A stretch of 62,192 nucleotides of DNA, filler included, from an uncultured Planctomycetales bacterium (GCA_964487475.1; 4 parts of 4 records of this genome joined end to end with filler, not necessarily neighbours in it), one strand, 5' to 3'. Positions 46,872 to 57,286 are shown, numbered from the whole stretch's first letter. Made by a program: numbers and translations. The notes: generated from the sequence alone by a model not told the origin.

Positions 46872-47853
46872 ATCGGATCTCAAACGCGCCGGGGTGGTGT
46901 TGACCGGAGGCGCGGGTTTCATCGGCAGCTGTTTTCTCTGGAAGCTCAATCAGGAGGGTATCACCGACGTGCTGGTGGTCGACGAGATGGATGCGGAGCT
47001 TAAGCGCAAGAACCTCGAAGGGAAGCGTTTCGTCGAGTTCATCGATAAGGACGAGTTCCTTCCCCGGCTCTCCGACGCCAAATTCTCCGGGGTCAAGACG
47101 ATCGTGCACATGGGCGCCTGCAGTTCGACCATCCTCAATGATCCCGAGGTGTACCGCCGGGATAACCTGGAGTACTCAAAGACACTGGGGACGTGGGCGA
47201 GGGAGCGCCGGGCGAAGTATCTGTATGCGTCATCTGCCGCCACGTACGGAGACGGAAGCAAGGGGTTCGACGACGATGACCGGATGACCCCGTCCCTTGA
47301 GCCGCTCAATCTCTACGGCCGCTCCAAGCAGGACTTCGACCTCTGGGTGCTCGCGCACGGGCTGCAGCAGGAGTTCACGGGATTCAAGTTCTTCAACGTG
47401 TTCGGGCCCAACGAATACCATAAAGGGGAGATGCGCAGCGTCATCTGCAAGAATTTCCATATTGCGGAGAAGGAGGGAAGGATAAAGCTGTTCAAGTCCT
47501 ACCGCCCCGAATATGAGGATGGCGGGCAGAAACGGGATTTCGTGTATGTGAAGGATGTCGTGGATATCATGTATTTCTTCTTCACCCATCCGGAGAAAAG
47601 CGGGATATATAACGTGGGCACCGGCCATGCCCGGACGTGGAACGATCTGGCCCGGGCCATTTTTGCGGCGCAGGGGAAGGAGCCGGTCATCGAGTACATC
47701 GGGATGCCGGAGACCTTGAAGAGCAGGTACCAGTATTTTACCGAAGCGAAAACGGATAAGCTCAAGGCAGCGGGATATACGAAACCCTGCCGGACGCTGG
47801 AGGAAGCGGTCAGGGATTATGCCGGATACCTTAAATCCGACGCGCATCTCTGA
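46864..47853 (+). CDS. hldD: ADP-L-glycero-D-manno-heptose 6-epimerase
   Basis: GGAGFIGS, HMGACSST, YASSAATYG, YGRSK, FNVFGPNEYHKGEM, YQYFTEA. Confidence 0.95.
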   Translation: MNKSDLKRAGVVLTGGAGFIGSCFLWKLNQEGITDVLVVDEMDAELKRKNLEGKRFVEFIDKDEFLPRLSDAKFSGVKTIVHMGACSSTILNDPEVYRRDNLEYSKTLGTWARERRAKYLYASSAATYGDGSKGFDDDDRMTPSLEPLNLYGRSKQDFDLWVLAHGLQQEFTGFKFFNVFGPNEYHKGEMRSVICKNFHIAEKEGRIKLFKSYRPEYEDGGQKRDFVYVKDVVDIMYFFFTHPEKSGIYNVGTGHARTWNDLARAIFAAQGKEPVIEYIGMPETLKSRYQYFTEAKTDKLKAAGYTKPCRTLEEAVRDYAGYLKSDAHL

Positions 47854-47874
47854 TCTGAAAAGGGAGGTGGAGTT

Positions 47875-48192
47875 ATGTCTATCGTGAAGGAGTTCAAGGA
47901 GTTTGCGGTCAAGGGGAATGCCGTGGATATGGCGGTGGGTATCATTGTCGGCGCGGCGTTCGGCAAGATCATCACTTCCCTGGTCACCGATGTGATCATG
48001 CCTCCCATCGGATTGCTTTTGGGCGGAGTGGATTTCAAGAACCTGAAGGTCATTTTAAAGCCGGAGCAGGGCGAGATCCCCGCCGTGACCTTGAATTACG
48101 GACTCTTCGTGAACAATGTGATCGATTTCCTGATCGTGGCGTTCGCGATCTTTCTGATGGTGAAGGCGATCAATACCCTGAAAAGGAAGTAA
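47875..48192 (+). CDS. mscL: Large-conductance mechanosensitive channel with short C-terminus
   Basis: [39 protein letters not shown]. Confidence 0.95.
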   Translation: MSIVKEFKEFAVKGNAVDMAVGIIVGAAFGKIITSLVTDVIMPPIGLLLGGVDFKNLKVILKPEQGEIPAVTLNYGLFVNNVIDFLIVAFAIFLMVKAINTLKRK

Positions 48193-48215
48193 CGGCAACT
48201 TTTGCGAGGTGACCT

Positions 48216-48752
48216 ATGGCAGAGATATTACAGGAAAAATGGATGAGGGGGGTGGCGGTCACTACGACCTGCCTGGCAGTGATGACCGCGATCGCCGCGG
48301 CGCGGGGCGCGGCCTGCGGCGTGAAGACGCAGCTCTTGACCGCCCAGGAAGCGAGCAAGTGGGCGTATTACCAGGCGAAGAGCATCAAGCAGAATCTTTC
48401 GGAAACGCAGATCAACGCCTTCGAGGTCGAAGTGCTGGGTGCGGCCAACGACGGGCAGAAGTCGATGTACGAGGCGAAGCTCCTGCAGGCGGTCGAGGAG
48501 GCCAAGCGCTATGATGCGGAGAAGGGCCAGATCAAGCAGGAGGCCGAGGATACCGCGGCGCTGAACAAGAAGCTGGCGAAGAAGGGGAATTTCTTTTCCG
48601 CCTCCATGGTGTTCTTCCAGATCGGGATCATGCTTTCCTCCGTGAGCGCCTTGCTTAAGAGGAAGTTCATGTGGATCGTGGGACTGGTGTTCGGGGCCGT
48701 TGCCATCGGGCTTTTGGGGTATGGGCTGTTCTTGAAACCGCTGCTTTTCTAA
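48216..48752 (+). CDS. DUF4337-like membrane protein
   Basis: WAYYQAKSIKQ, FQIGIMLSSVSAL. Confidence 0.75.
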   Translation: MAEILQEKWMRGVAVTTTCLAVMTAIAAARGAACGVKTQLLTAQEASKWAYYQAKSIKQNLSETQINAFEVEVLGAANDGQKSMYEAKLLQAVEEAKRYDAEKGQIKQEAEDTAALNKKLAKKGNFFSASMVFFQIGIMLSSVSALLKRKFMWIVGLVFGAVAIGLLGYGLFLKPLLF

Positions 48753-48762
48753 GGGGAGCGCT

Positions 48763-49467
48763 ATGATCAGGAAGGTGCTGCGTATCATCGGATGGGTGTG
48801 CGTAGGGATCGCGGGGATATATCTTTTTCTGACGCTCATCGCGGTACCTCTCGCGGCGCCCTGGCTGATCGGCAGCCAGGCGACGAAGGCGCTGCGGCAT
48901 CCCGTGGCGGTGCGCTCGGTGGTGTGCAACCCGTTCCTTTGGCGCATTACCGTGGGCGGGTTCGGGATCACGGATGCCAAAAAACAGCTTCTGGCGGGGT
49001 TCGATAAACTCTCCGTGGACGTGAGTTTCTTAAGTCTTTTCAAGAAAGAGTACCGTATCGAATCTGTCAGGCTGGAGGGGCTTAAGGTCAACGTCGAGCT
49101 CCTTTCCGGCAATCGGATTAACCTGCTTGACCTGGTGCCGGCGGGGACTCCCGTTCCTGCAGAGACTTCCGTTCCAGCAGGGACTGCCGTTCCTGAAAAA
49201 ACCGGCGTTCCCGCACCCGCAGGGCCGGCAGCTCCCTTGCCGGTAGTGTTCCTGGATTCTTTTGTGATGCAGCGCGGCACGGTCAATTTCGTGGATACGA
49301 CCCTTACGCCGAATTTCGTCACTTCTCTAAGCGATATCGACGTGCAGGTTACGGGGGTCTCCACTAAGCCCGACCGCCAGGCGAAGGTCCGGATGAGCGC
49401 ATTGATCGATAAGAAGGGCCGGATCGGGATGGAGGCGGTGATGATCCCCCTGTCCCAGCCGCTGCAG
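48763..49467 (+). CDS. DUF748 / AsmA-like envelope protein, 3' end cut by the contig end
   Basis: N-terminal TM helix, VVCNPF, beta-rich repeats, INLLDL. Confidence 0.7.
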
Positions 49468-49567
49468 NNNNNNNNNNNNNNNNNNNNNNNNNNNNNNNNN
49501 NNNNNNNNNNNTTAATTAATTAANNNNNNNNNNNNNNNNNNNNNNNNNNNNNNNNNNNNNNNNNNNN
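49468..49567. other. Artificial contig linker
   Basis: N44-TTAATTAATTAA-N44. Confidence 0.97.
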
Positions 49568-49569
49568 CG

Positions 49570-52500
49570 GTGCTGAATTCGCTGGCAGAGTTGGCTCGCG
49601 CGCACAGCGATCCCGCAGCATTTGAGAGCGCTGTTCCGGAAAAATTTGCGGCTTCCGGGATGCGTTTGCCGAACGACTATCTGGGGTGGCGCAAACTCTT
49701 GCAAATGGCCCGCGCCAAGTTCCGTGCGGGAGAACTCCCGCAGCTGGAGCAGTACTTGGCGGAGGCGGTGGCGGGGAATGAAGTCGAACTGCTGCAGTTT
49801 GCGCAGGGGCCTGCCTCCTCTACGGGGGAAGGGCGTCCGGCGCCGGTAGCACTGGGCGATCCGACGGATGCGTTTAACGCCGCCGGTCTGACTATCGCGG
49901 CGATACGCGCTGCGGCAGGGAACGCGAAAGCGATCAACCTTGTCGGAGGAGAAGCCAGGGCATACGAATATTACGGAACGTTCACTACCTCGAGCGGAAA
50001 GTGGCCTCTGCAGGTCGTGGTCATGCCTGCGGAAGGCGGAGCGCTTTCGATGCGGGTCTCGGTGGCGATGAAGGGCTCGTTCACCTTTGTGTTCGAAGAA
50101 AACGGCGCGGTGCGCATAGTCAATGCGTCCGCGCAGCAGCTGCCGAATGGTGTCTCGGCGCAGGAGTTCGCGCAGAAAGTGGTGGATCTGCTCCAAAAAC
50201 CCGCTGCTCAGGCGAACGGCAGGACGCGGCAGTCGAAACGTGATGCCGGGAGGCGCGCTGCGCCTGTGCAGCAGGCTCCGGCGGCAAGCAACGAGCCCGT
50301 TCCCGCGGACAGAAATGCGGCGCTTGCACAGGCTTTTACCCGGGTCGGCATGACGGCTGCGGCGGTGCGCGAAGCGGTCAATTCCGCCGATCTGATGAAT
50401 GCCGATTCCGCAGATCCGAGATACGAATTTATTGATCTGGAGACCGCGCTCCAGGTGCTGGTTACCGTAGATAAAGAATCGGTGCGCATAAGGACGCAAG
50501 GGCTTTACGGCGGACAGAAGTACCGTTCTGATTTCGTCATTTTCGCCGATGGCACGGTTAAGGCAGCGGAGTTCTCCCCGGAAGAAGCGCTCGAAATGAC
50601 GCCTTCCGATGCGGCGGCAGCGATCTTTCGTTCGCTCGCTTCCCCGCGGTTGACCCCTGTCGGAAAAATGAGGGTTGCTCTGCAGAATGCCGGGGTCAAT
50701 TATAGCGTGGCCGCGGCGGCAAAAGCAAAAGCAGCGCCGTTGACCGTCGGTTCGGAGACCACCTGGAGACTTGACGGACGCCTGGCGAAAAGAGGGGCAT
50801 CTGAGCTGGAGATCACCATGAGGGATGGTGATGAACGCATAGAATTGGCATTTCAGTACGGGATGTATCATTTCAGGGTCATTGCGCATCAGGACGGAAG
50901 ATTGGAGATCCCCGCGGGCGAGGATCCGTATGTGGGAGGATCCGACGATGCGTTTGTGGCGGCGGTGGCAAGACTGCTGGATAGCGGCCTTGTGGGGCGG
51001 CGCAGGCCCAGTGTCGGATCTACGGGCTCGGAGTGGGAGCCGGTGCATAATGCGATCGTGGGCGCTGATCTGCTGGTGATGCAGCGCGCGGATGCGGCTG
51101 AGGAAGCGGCGCATCTGATCGTGAATGCGATAGTGAGCTCGCAGGAACCGGAGTTCGTCGGCGAGGATGACCTGAAAGCGGCGGCGGACATTATGGCGCT
51201 TGCGGCCCTTGAGAACAGGCAGGTGTGGGGCGCGATCGCCGACCTCTTTGCCGAACTGGCGAGCCCGGAAACTTACAATGATCTGGTGCTGCAGCTGATG
51301 GCAATAGCGGCGGGGAGAGTGGGAGCGGAGCTTCAGCTGGAGGAGCCGGGCGCGGGTCCGGGCGCGGGTACGGCCCTGGAAACGCCGAACAACCTGGTCC
51401 GCCAGGCGCACGCGGCCATGCGGGCGGGTACTCCCGAGGCATTGCGTCAGGCGGCGGACTTGCTGATCTCGGCAGTGTGGGGGGATCCCCAGGGAGAGTT
51501 CCGCGGGCTGCAGGCGATCGCTTCGCAGGAGTCCATGCTGCAGGAAGCGGCAAAGAAGAATATGGGTATCGCGCTGGGGCTGCTGCAAAAAATTCGCTGG
51601 GGATATCCGGAAGTAAGCATGTCCGTCGATTATAATTCGCTTCAGGCCATCGATTCCGGATCGGCGTATTATAAGAGCAAATGGGTGTATGCGACGATGC
51701 TTCTGAGAAGGGGCAAGGGAGCCAACGGCAGCCACTATTTATTCGTGACCAATGACGGATGGTACGGCAAAAATGTCGAAGATTGGCTGGTGCGTATCGA
51801 CTTGGGTAAGGATTTCGATCCGGCGCTGATGCAGGAAGCGCTGCTTATGCTGAGAGGGCGGGTGTTAGGAAAAAGTCCCAATGAAGTGATGCATAACGTG
51901 ATGCTGGAGCTCCAGGAAGCGAGGATGAGGCTGCAAAGCCGCCAGGACCAGGGGGAAAAGGTGACCCGCGATTTCGCGTTTTCCTGGATCCCCCTTGCGT
52001 CTATGGCTGCGGTGCGGGCTCGCGAGGGATTCAGCTCGAGTGAGGATGTGAAGGTGCCCTCCGGGGATGGCGGATTCAATTACCGGACCATCGAGCTTAT
52101 GCAGGCGAAGGCGGGATCCCGGGGGTATTATCTTGTGGTACATGACGGCCGGTATGCGTATGTGGCGCTGGAACTGGGCAGTAATCCCGATCTGGGGGTC
52201 GTCTTCGAGTTCATTAAAGCCCAGGCCGATAAATTCATTACCCGGTCGACGGATGATGAGCTGGTTCCCGGCCAGATGGCCAGGACCCTTGCTCAGAAGT
52301 TGACCGCGGCATTCGCGGCCGGGGCGGACGAGCTTGGGCTCGATGACGGCCCTGCGGCCACCCGGGAGAACAGGCGCCGGCCCGGTGTCGGATCGACGGG
52401 TTCGCAGTGGGAGCCGGTGCACAGCGCGATCGTAGGCGCGGATATGCTGATGCGTCAGCGCGCGGATGCGGCCGAGGAAGCGGCGCGGATGATCGTGCAG

Positions 52501-53046
52501 GCGATGGTGACGTCACAGGAGCCGGAGTACATCGGCGATGCTGACCTGAATGCGGCGGCGGATATCCTGGCGCTGGCGGCGATGGAGAACCGTCAGGCGT
52601 GGGGTGCGATCTCGGACCTCTTCGCCGAACTGGGGCATCCGGAAACCTACGACGACCTGGTTTCACGGCTGCAGACAATGGCTACACCCGCTCCGGGAGA
52701 GGTCGGCGGTATCGATTTCCGGGCTATCCCGATGAGGATCAATCCGCAGGGGATATTCCAGGGGCTGCAATTCAACTTCCCGAAACTTTCTGAAGCGGAC
52801 CTGCGTGGGTTGGATCTGGCCCAGGAGGCTGCGCAGATGAAGGAGATGGTCAAGTCCGGGATACTGCCTTCTCCGGAGCGGCTGAAGGCGTTCGTGGCCG
52901 GTTGTTATCAGAAACCCGGCGGCCGTTTGTTCCTGGATGAGGCGTTGACGTCTTTAGCGGAGATATGCGTGATCGAAGAAAACGCGGTAACCGAGAGTTC
53001 TCCCGAATTGCGGGAGGTCCTCGCCGCCGCCGACTTCACCCGTTAG
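49570..53046 (+). CDS. C-terminal part (at least 1158 aa) of a large modular repeat protein ending in a GGIDF-motif domain
   Basis: Frame is open at the contig start; about 100-aa internal duplication; followed by a terminator. Confidence 0.85.
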   Translation: MLNSLAELARAHSDPAAFESAVPEKFAASGMRLPNDYLGWRKLLQMARAKFRAGELPQLEQYLAEAVAGNEVELLQFAQGPASSTGEGRPAPVALGDPTDAFNAAGLTIAAIRAAAGNAKAINLVGGEARAYEYYGTFTTSSGKWPLQVVVMPAEGGALSMRVSVAMKGSFTFVFEENGAVRIVNASAQQLPNGVSAQEFAQKVVDLLQKPAAQANGRTRQSKRDAGRRAAPVQQAPAASNEPVPADRNAALAQAFTRVGMTAAAVREAVNSADLMNADSADPRYEFIDLETALQVLVTVDKESVRIRTQGLYGGQKYRSDFVIFADGTVKAAEFSPEEALEMTPSDAAAAIFRSLASPRLTPVGKMRVALQNAGVNYSVAAAAKAKAAPLTVGSETTWRLDGRLAKRGASELEITMRDGDERIELAFQYGMYHFRVIAHQDGRLEIPAGEDPYVGGSDDAFVAAVARLLDSGLVGRRRPSVGSTGSEWEPVHNAIVGADLLVMQRADAAEEAAHLIVNAIVSSQEPEFVGEDDLKAAADIMALAALENRQVWGAIADLFAELASPETYNDLVLQLMAIAAGRVGAELQLEEPGAGPGAGTALETPNNLVRQAHAAMRAGTPEALRQAADLLISAVWGDPQGEFRGLQAIASQESMLQEAAKKNMGIALGLLQKIRWGYPEVSMSVDYNSLQAIDSGSAYYKSKWVYATMLLRRGKGANGSHYLFVTNDGWYGKNVEDWLVRIDLGKDFDPALMQEALLMLRGRVLGKSPNEVMHNVMLELQEARMRLQSRQDQGEKVTRDFAFSWIPLASMAAVRAREGFSSSEDVKVPSGDGGFNYRTIELMQAKAGSRGYYLVVHDGRYAYVALELGSNPDLGVVFEFIKAQADKFITRSTDDELVPGQMARTLAQKLTAAFAAGADELGLDDGPAATRENRRRPGVGSTGSQWEPVHSAIVGADMLMRQRADAAEEAARMIVQAMVTSQEPEYIGDADLNAAADILALAAMENRQAWGAISDLFAELGHPETYDDLVSRLQTMATPAPGEVGGIDFRAIPMRINPQGIFQGLQFNFPKLSEADLRGLDLAQEAAQMKEMVKSGILPSPERLKAFVAGCYQKPGGRLFLDEALTSLAEICVIEENAVTESSPELREVLAAADFTR
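50998..52683 (+). repeat. Internal domain duplication, copies at about 50998-51303 and 52372-52683
   Basis: RRRPSVGSTGSEWEPVHNAIVGADLL... versus RRRPGVGSTGSQWEPVHSAIVGADML... Confidence 0.9.
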
Positions 53047-53067
53047 GGGACGCTTCTCCGCGATCAC

Positions 53068-53115
53068 AATCTGTCCTTTCTCCATGGTATGCCCTGGAGG
53101 GAGGACAGATTTTTT
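53068..53115 (+). terminator. Intrinsic terminator
   Basis: AATCTGTCCTTTCTCCA / TGGAGGGAGGACAGATT stem followed by a T-tract. Confidence 0.8.
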
Positions 53116-53177
53116 ATGTCTGGTCATTGCGCAATCTGTTATAATATAAGGAGTTAGACAAGGAAAAACCTCTCCAG

Positions 53178-54323
53178 ATGAGAATTGCGAGAATTGTGCT
53201 TTGGTTGTTGTATTGCGCAGCGCTGCTGGCAGGCCTGGACGCGCTCTCCCGGCCTTTGCTGCGCGATAAGATCTATCACCGCGGACACGATATGTTCATT
53301 CATCGCATGCCGTCGCGGTATTATTTGCTTCGTTATACCCCTAATGCCCGGCGTCAAGGGATGACCTACGGTGACCTTTCCGCGATGCTCGGGTGCGTTG
53401 ATTGCCGAAAGCCGCGCCATGAATTATTCCTCACCGATAGATTCGGTTTCCGCAATGACCCTAAGATCTTAACCCGGCCGGTGCGGTTCCTGCTGCTGGG
53501 CGATTCCTTTGCAGAGGGGTTAGGGACTACTCAGGAGAAAACCCTTGCCAGGGCGCTGGCGAGAGAGACAAAAGCCGGCGTCTACGACCTTTCATTGCCG
53601 GGAAGCCCCTGGCAGCAGCTGGTGAATCTTCAGTTGATGCTCCCGCATCTTTCCCTGCAAAAACCAACGACCCTGGTCTGGGCGCTTTTCCTGCCCAATG
53701 ACCTCGATGAGCTCGACGTCTATGGCCCGCCGGCCGCCGAAACCCTCAAAGTAAGCACTCCGTTGGAGGAGCTCCGGGTGCGTGTAAGCATTTACTGGAA
53801 TCGTTCCCCTTTACGGCAGATGCTGAGCTTTGCGTTGGATACGCGGATCCCCACGATCCTGCGCGGAATGGTGATCAGCAAAGAGTATGCGCCGGGCAAG
53901 AACCTCTATTTCTACGAGCCTTACGCAAAAAATCTGTATCCGACGCCGCAGGCGGTGCGCGCGCACCGGAACTGGCCCCGGCTTAAGGAATCTTTCGAAC
54001 ACATGCGCGTGTTCTCCAAGCGGCATGGCTTCGAGGTGGTGGTGATGAATGTCCCGGCCAAGGAGCAGGTGTATTACTGGATATTAACTGGTGGGGTGAA
54101 GCCCTGGGAGGACGTCCCGCCTCACGGCGCGGGCGAAGCATTGCGCGCCCTGAGTGAAGAGTACGGGTTTCGCTACGTCGACTTGCTTGAGCCGCTGCGC
54201 CGCCGGGCAAAGGAGCTTCTCGAGAAGGAAGGTGCATTCGTCTGGTGGGAGGATGATTCCCACTGGAACGATCTCGGGCAGGAGGTGGCTGCCCGAAGCA
54301 TCATGGGGAAAGCGGGAGAGTGA
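53178..54323 (+). CDS. SGNH/GDSL-fold protein, AlgX/AlgJ-like
   Basis: N-terminal TM helix; LGDSFAEG, PND, DSHWN. Confidence 0.75.
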   Translation: MRIARIVLWLLYCAALLAGLDALSRPLLRDKIYHRGHDMFIHRMPSRYYLLRYTPNARRQGMTYGDLSAMLGCVDCRKPRHELFLTDRFGFRNDPKILTRPVRFLLLGDSFAEGLGTTQEKTLARALARETKAGVYDLSLPGSPWQQLVNLQLMLPHLSLQKPTTLVWALFLPNDLDELDVYGPPAAETLKVSTPLEELRVRVSIYWNRSPLRQMLSFALDTRIPTILRGMVISKEYAPGKNLYFYEPYAKNLYPTPQAVRAHRNWPRLKESFEHMRVFSKRHGFEVVVMNVPAKEQVYYWILTGGVKPWEDVPPHGAGEALRALSEEYGFRYVDLLEPLRRRAKELLEKEGAFVWWEDDSHWNDLGQEVAARSIMGKAGE

Positions 54324-56566
54324 AAATGAATACGGAGAAGACGGGCTGGCGGGTTATTGCTTCGGCGGCGGTGTCGGCCGCAGTGATCGCGACGGCCGGG
54401 CTGTGCGCGGCGCGTGAGGCGCACGCCGATACCCTGGTCCTTAAGAGCGGGGAACGCCTGGAGGGGACGCTCGTCGAGCGCACCGGCACGGAGGTCAAGT
54501 TCGATCTCTTTGACAGCGGCGCGGTGATCTCTTTTCCGGTGGAAGAGGTGGATTACTCCGACACCGGGGAATCCTTTAACGATCAGCGCGAAGACCACCT
54601 TCTTTTCGAGGATAAGGCCCTTTTCGACCAGGTGAACGCGCTTTTTAACGCATCCGCTCCAGCCAAGGGATGGGGCGCATTTTATCCCGATGACGCGCGC
54701 TGGCCGCTTTTGTACTACTACCGCAATAAGGATGAGGCTAATCTGATCGCTTACCTTCAGGCGCTTGCCGCGGCGCCGGATGCCGTGTCCGGTGAAGAGA
54801 CCGCGGTATATTACGCGCATTTCTTTGCTGCGGCGATTTCTCTGAAGCCGGAGCTGCTTTCTCAGGCCGAGGCGCTGGCGGTATCCCTCGGCGGCGCTGA
54901 TACGTTCCTGGGCCGGGTGGCGGCGCACGCAAAGGAGTATGCGCCTGTAGGGACGGTAAAACCGGAGAACGTCCCCCTTTTGTGGGCGGAGTTTCGCGCG
55001 ACCGGCGATCCTTCGCCGCTTAAGAAGCTCGCCGCCGCGCTGCAGCTGGAAAACGATGCGCAGGTTGTCGCCGCGGTGCAGCGTTCCCTGGTGGTGGAGT
55101 GTTTGCGCAACCTCGATGCGCTGAAGATCCTCAAGGAAGCGGCCGCCGGGCTCGATTCTCAGGCTAAAATGAAATATGAGGCGGCAGCCGGAGTGGTGCA
55201 GTCGCTTTCCGATATCTCCGGGACGTATATGCGCCGCGGGTACAATTATGCCAGGTTGAACGACTACGATGCGGCCTTTGACGCCTATCAGATCGCGCTG
55301 CGGATATGCCCGGATTATGCCGCGGCCCTCAATAACGTCGGCAACCTCTATAAGCGGGTGCGCGAGGATATGGTCAATTATCAGCGTTATCTTAACGCCG
55401 CGCTATATGCGAACCCGGAATATTACTCTGCGGCGTACAACCTCGGAATTTTCAATTTCCTGCAGGGCAGGCATGACGATGCGATCCGGTATTATTCCCG
55501 GGCGCTGGAGTATGAGCCGGATAAGCCCGAGTATCAGCACGCCATCGGCCGCGCGTATCAGGAAAAGGGTGATCAGGAGAACGCCGTGCGTTACTTTAAG
55601 AGATACCTGGAGCTGGCGCCGCAGGCAGAGCATGCGCATCTGGTGAAGGAGTATCTTGCAAGATCCGGAGTTTCGGTTGTAGAGCAGGCGGATGATCCCG
55701 GCGCGATGCTGGAGCAGGGGCGCTTCGCCGAGCTGGAATCGTATTTAGAGGGAGTGCAGCAGCGCAAGGAGCGCACCGCGGACGGTTTTGATAAATTGAA
55801 TGCGGTGTTAAGGGAGCTTTCGCAGCCGAAGGCCATGGGCAAGGGATTGTCTGCGCGGGAGCCGCTGGTCTCGAAGTGGCTGAGGGAGCGTCCGGAATCT
55901 CATTTTGCGCATGCGCTGGCCGGGCAGTTCTACATGGATTATGCCTGGGAGGCGCGGGGCACCGGATTCCATCAGACGGTGACGGAGAAAGGCGGGGACC
56001 TGTTCTTCTCGCGGCTTAAGATCGCGCAGGAGCATATCGAGAAGGCGTATGACCTTGATCCCCTGGATGCCGTCAATGCGGCGAACATGCTGATCGTGGT
56101 GCGGGGCGCCGGGTTGGGGGATGAAGCGAGGGAGAAGTGGTTCGCCCGGGCAGTGACCGCGGATGAGAATTCATATCTGCCGTATCGTTACAAGCTTATC
56201 GACCTGATGCCGAAGTGGGGCGGGACGGTGCAGGGGATGTTCGCATTTGCGCGGGAGGCGGCAGCCAAGGCGCCGAAGGGGACGATGATCCCGCTGGTGC
56301 TGGCGGATGCGCACTGGGAGATGTATTACCGGGATGATTCGAAGCGGTACTTCCGGGATAATCCGGATGTCTGGGATGAGGTGAAAAGGACGTATCTGCG
56401 GGTGCTGGATGATTTCCCGGATTCGAATTCCGTGCGTAACCGTTTCCTGAAGGCGGCGTATTATGCGGGAGACAGCGCGCTGGTAAATGAGTTGTACGAG
56501 AGGATCGATGGGGCCTGGGATCCCGAGTGTTGGAAGAGCAAGAAGGAGTTCGAGGGGGTGTTGTAG
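54320..56566 (+). CDS. Secreted TPR protein with DUF4034-like C-terminus
   Basis: Signal peptide ending AHA; TPR run; AWEARGTG..LMPKWGGT. Confidence 0.75.
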   Translation: MKMNTEKTGWRVIASAAVSAAVIATAGLCAAREAHADTLVLKSGERLEGTLVERTGTEVKFDLFDSGAVISFPVEEVDYSDTGESFNDQREDHLLFEDKALFDQVNALFNASAPAKGWGAFYPDDARWPLLYYYRNKDEANLIAYLQALAAAPDAVSGEETAVYYAHFFAAAISLKPELLSQAEALAVSLGGADTFLGRVAAHAKEYAPVGTVKPENVPLLWAEFRATGDPSPLKKLAAALQLENDAQVVAAVQRSLVVECLRNLDALKILKEAAAGLDSQAKMKYEAAAGVVQSLSDISGTYMRRGYNYARLNDYDAAFDAYQIALRICPDYAAALNNVGNLYKRVREDMVNYQRYLNAALYANPEYYSAAYNLGIFNFLQGRHDDAIRYYSRALEYEPDKPEYQHAIGRAYQEKGDQENAVRYFKRYLELAPQAEHAHLVKEYLARSGVSVVEQADDPGAMLEQGRFAELESYLEGVQQRKERTADGFDKLNAVLRELSQPKAMGKGLSAREPLVSKWLRERPESHFAHALAGQFYMDYAWEARGTGFHQTVTEKGGDLFFSRLKIAQEHIEKAYDLDPLDAVNAANMLIVVRGAGLGDEAREKWFARAVTADENSYLPYRYKLIDLMPKWGGTVQGMFAFAREAAAKAPKGTMIPLVLADAHWEMYYRDDSKRYFRDNPDVWDEVKRTYLRVLDDFPDSNSVRNRFLKAAYYAGDSALVNELYERIDGAWDPECWKSKKEFEGVL

Positions 56567-56570
56567 AAGC

Positions 56571-56656
56571 TACCCCTGGCCTTATTGCAGCACCCCGCCT
56601 TATCGGATCGGCGTACCCCTGGCCTTATTGCAGCACCCCGCCTTATCGGATCGGCG
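56571..56656. repeat. Perfect 43-bp tandem duplication
   Basis: TACCCCTGGCCTTATTGCAGCACCCCGCCTTATCGGATCGGCG x2. Confidence 0.95.
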
Positions 56657-56666
56657 GGTGCTTTTT
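56633..56666 (+). terminator. Intrinsic terminator completed by the second repeat copy
   Basis: GCACC(C)CGCC..GGCGGGTGC followed by T5. Confidence 0.6.
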
Positions 56667-56724
56667 CCTCCTAAAAAGAAAACGTTTTCTTGAAAAATCG
56701 GGGTTTTGAGGGTATACTTAACAC

Positions 56725-57114
56725 ATGAGCGAACGTAGATCGTACGAAAGACTGGGGTTAAGCGGGGATGCCAAGGTCGTAAAATCGGCGTCCGGAGAAG
56801 AGGTCAGGGCTTTTTTGAGCGATATAAGCTTTGGCGGGTTCTCTATATATTCGACCGCGTCTTTTAACGACCAGGATACCGTAAATTTCAAGTTCGCTAT
56901 ACCTTCTTTTGGTGCCGATCTTCACGGTACCGGCACAGTCTGCCACACCGAATCCCCCGATGAGACCAAGCCTGTTCAGTTGCAGCGCATAGGCGTCAAG
57001 TTCTCTGACGTGAACAAGGACCTGGTGCAGCACCTTCTGAACCGCCTGCATTTGGATATGGTGGCCGGGAAACGTTCCGGTGGCGGCCGTAATGTTGATT
57101 TCATGCCGTATTAG
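56725..57114 (+). CDS. PilZ domain protein (c-di-GMP receptor)
   Basis: RRSYER (RxxxR), DISFGG (DxSxxG), GVKF. Confidence 0.85.
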   Translation: MSERRSYERLGLSGDAKVVKSASGEEVRAFLSDISFGGFSIYSTASFNDQDTVNFKFAIPSFGADLHGTGTVCHTESPDETKPVQLQRIGVKFSDVNKDLVQHLLNRLHLDMVAGKRSGGGRNVDFMPY

Positions 57115-57169
57115 TCTGCTCTGATCGTTTCCTCCCGGAATTCAATTAATAAAAAACTTTAAAAACCGC

Positions 57170-57198
57170 TTTACAATATATCCCTATATAGGTATAAT
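57170..57198 (+). promoter_or_regulatory. sigma70 promoter of the left PEP-CTERM unit
   Basis: TTTACA-17 bp-TATAAT; contains the palindrome CCTATATAGG. Confidence 0.7.
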
Positions 57199-57286
57199 AA
57201 ATGAACGTTTGTACATAAAATATTATTGTGCTTGGAGTTTCGTGTGTGTAACAATCAAAGGCGCAATTACTGAGTACTACAATCAA

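Noticed and set aside
47875..48192. mscL as a pseudogene because it lacks the C-terminal helix
   Set aside because: Both TM helices and the basic cluster are intact with a good RBS; the C-terminal bundle is known to be dispensable for gating
13801..49567. Three identical TTAATTAATTAA motifs inside N runs, and apparent neighbours across them such as pstB next to arsC
   Set aside because: Artificial six-frame-stop linkers; adjacency across them is not biological evidence
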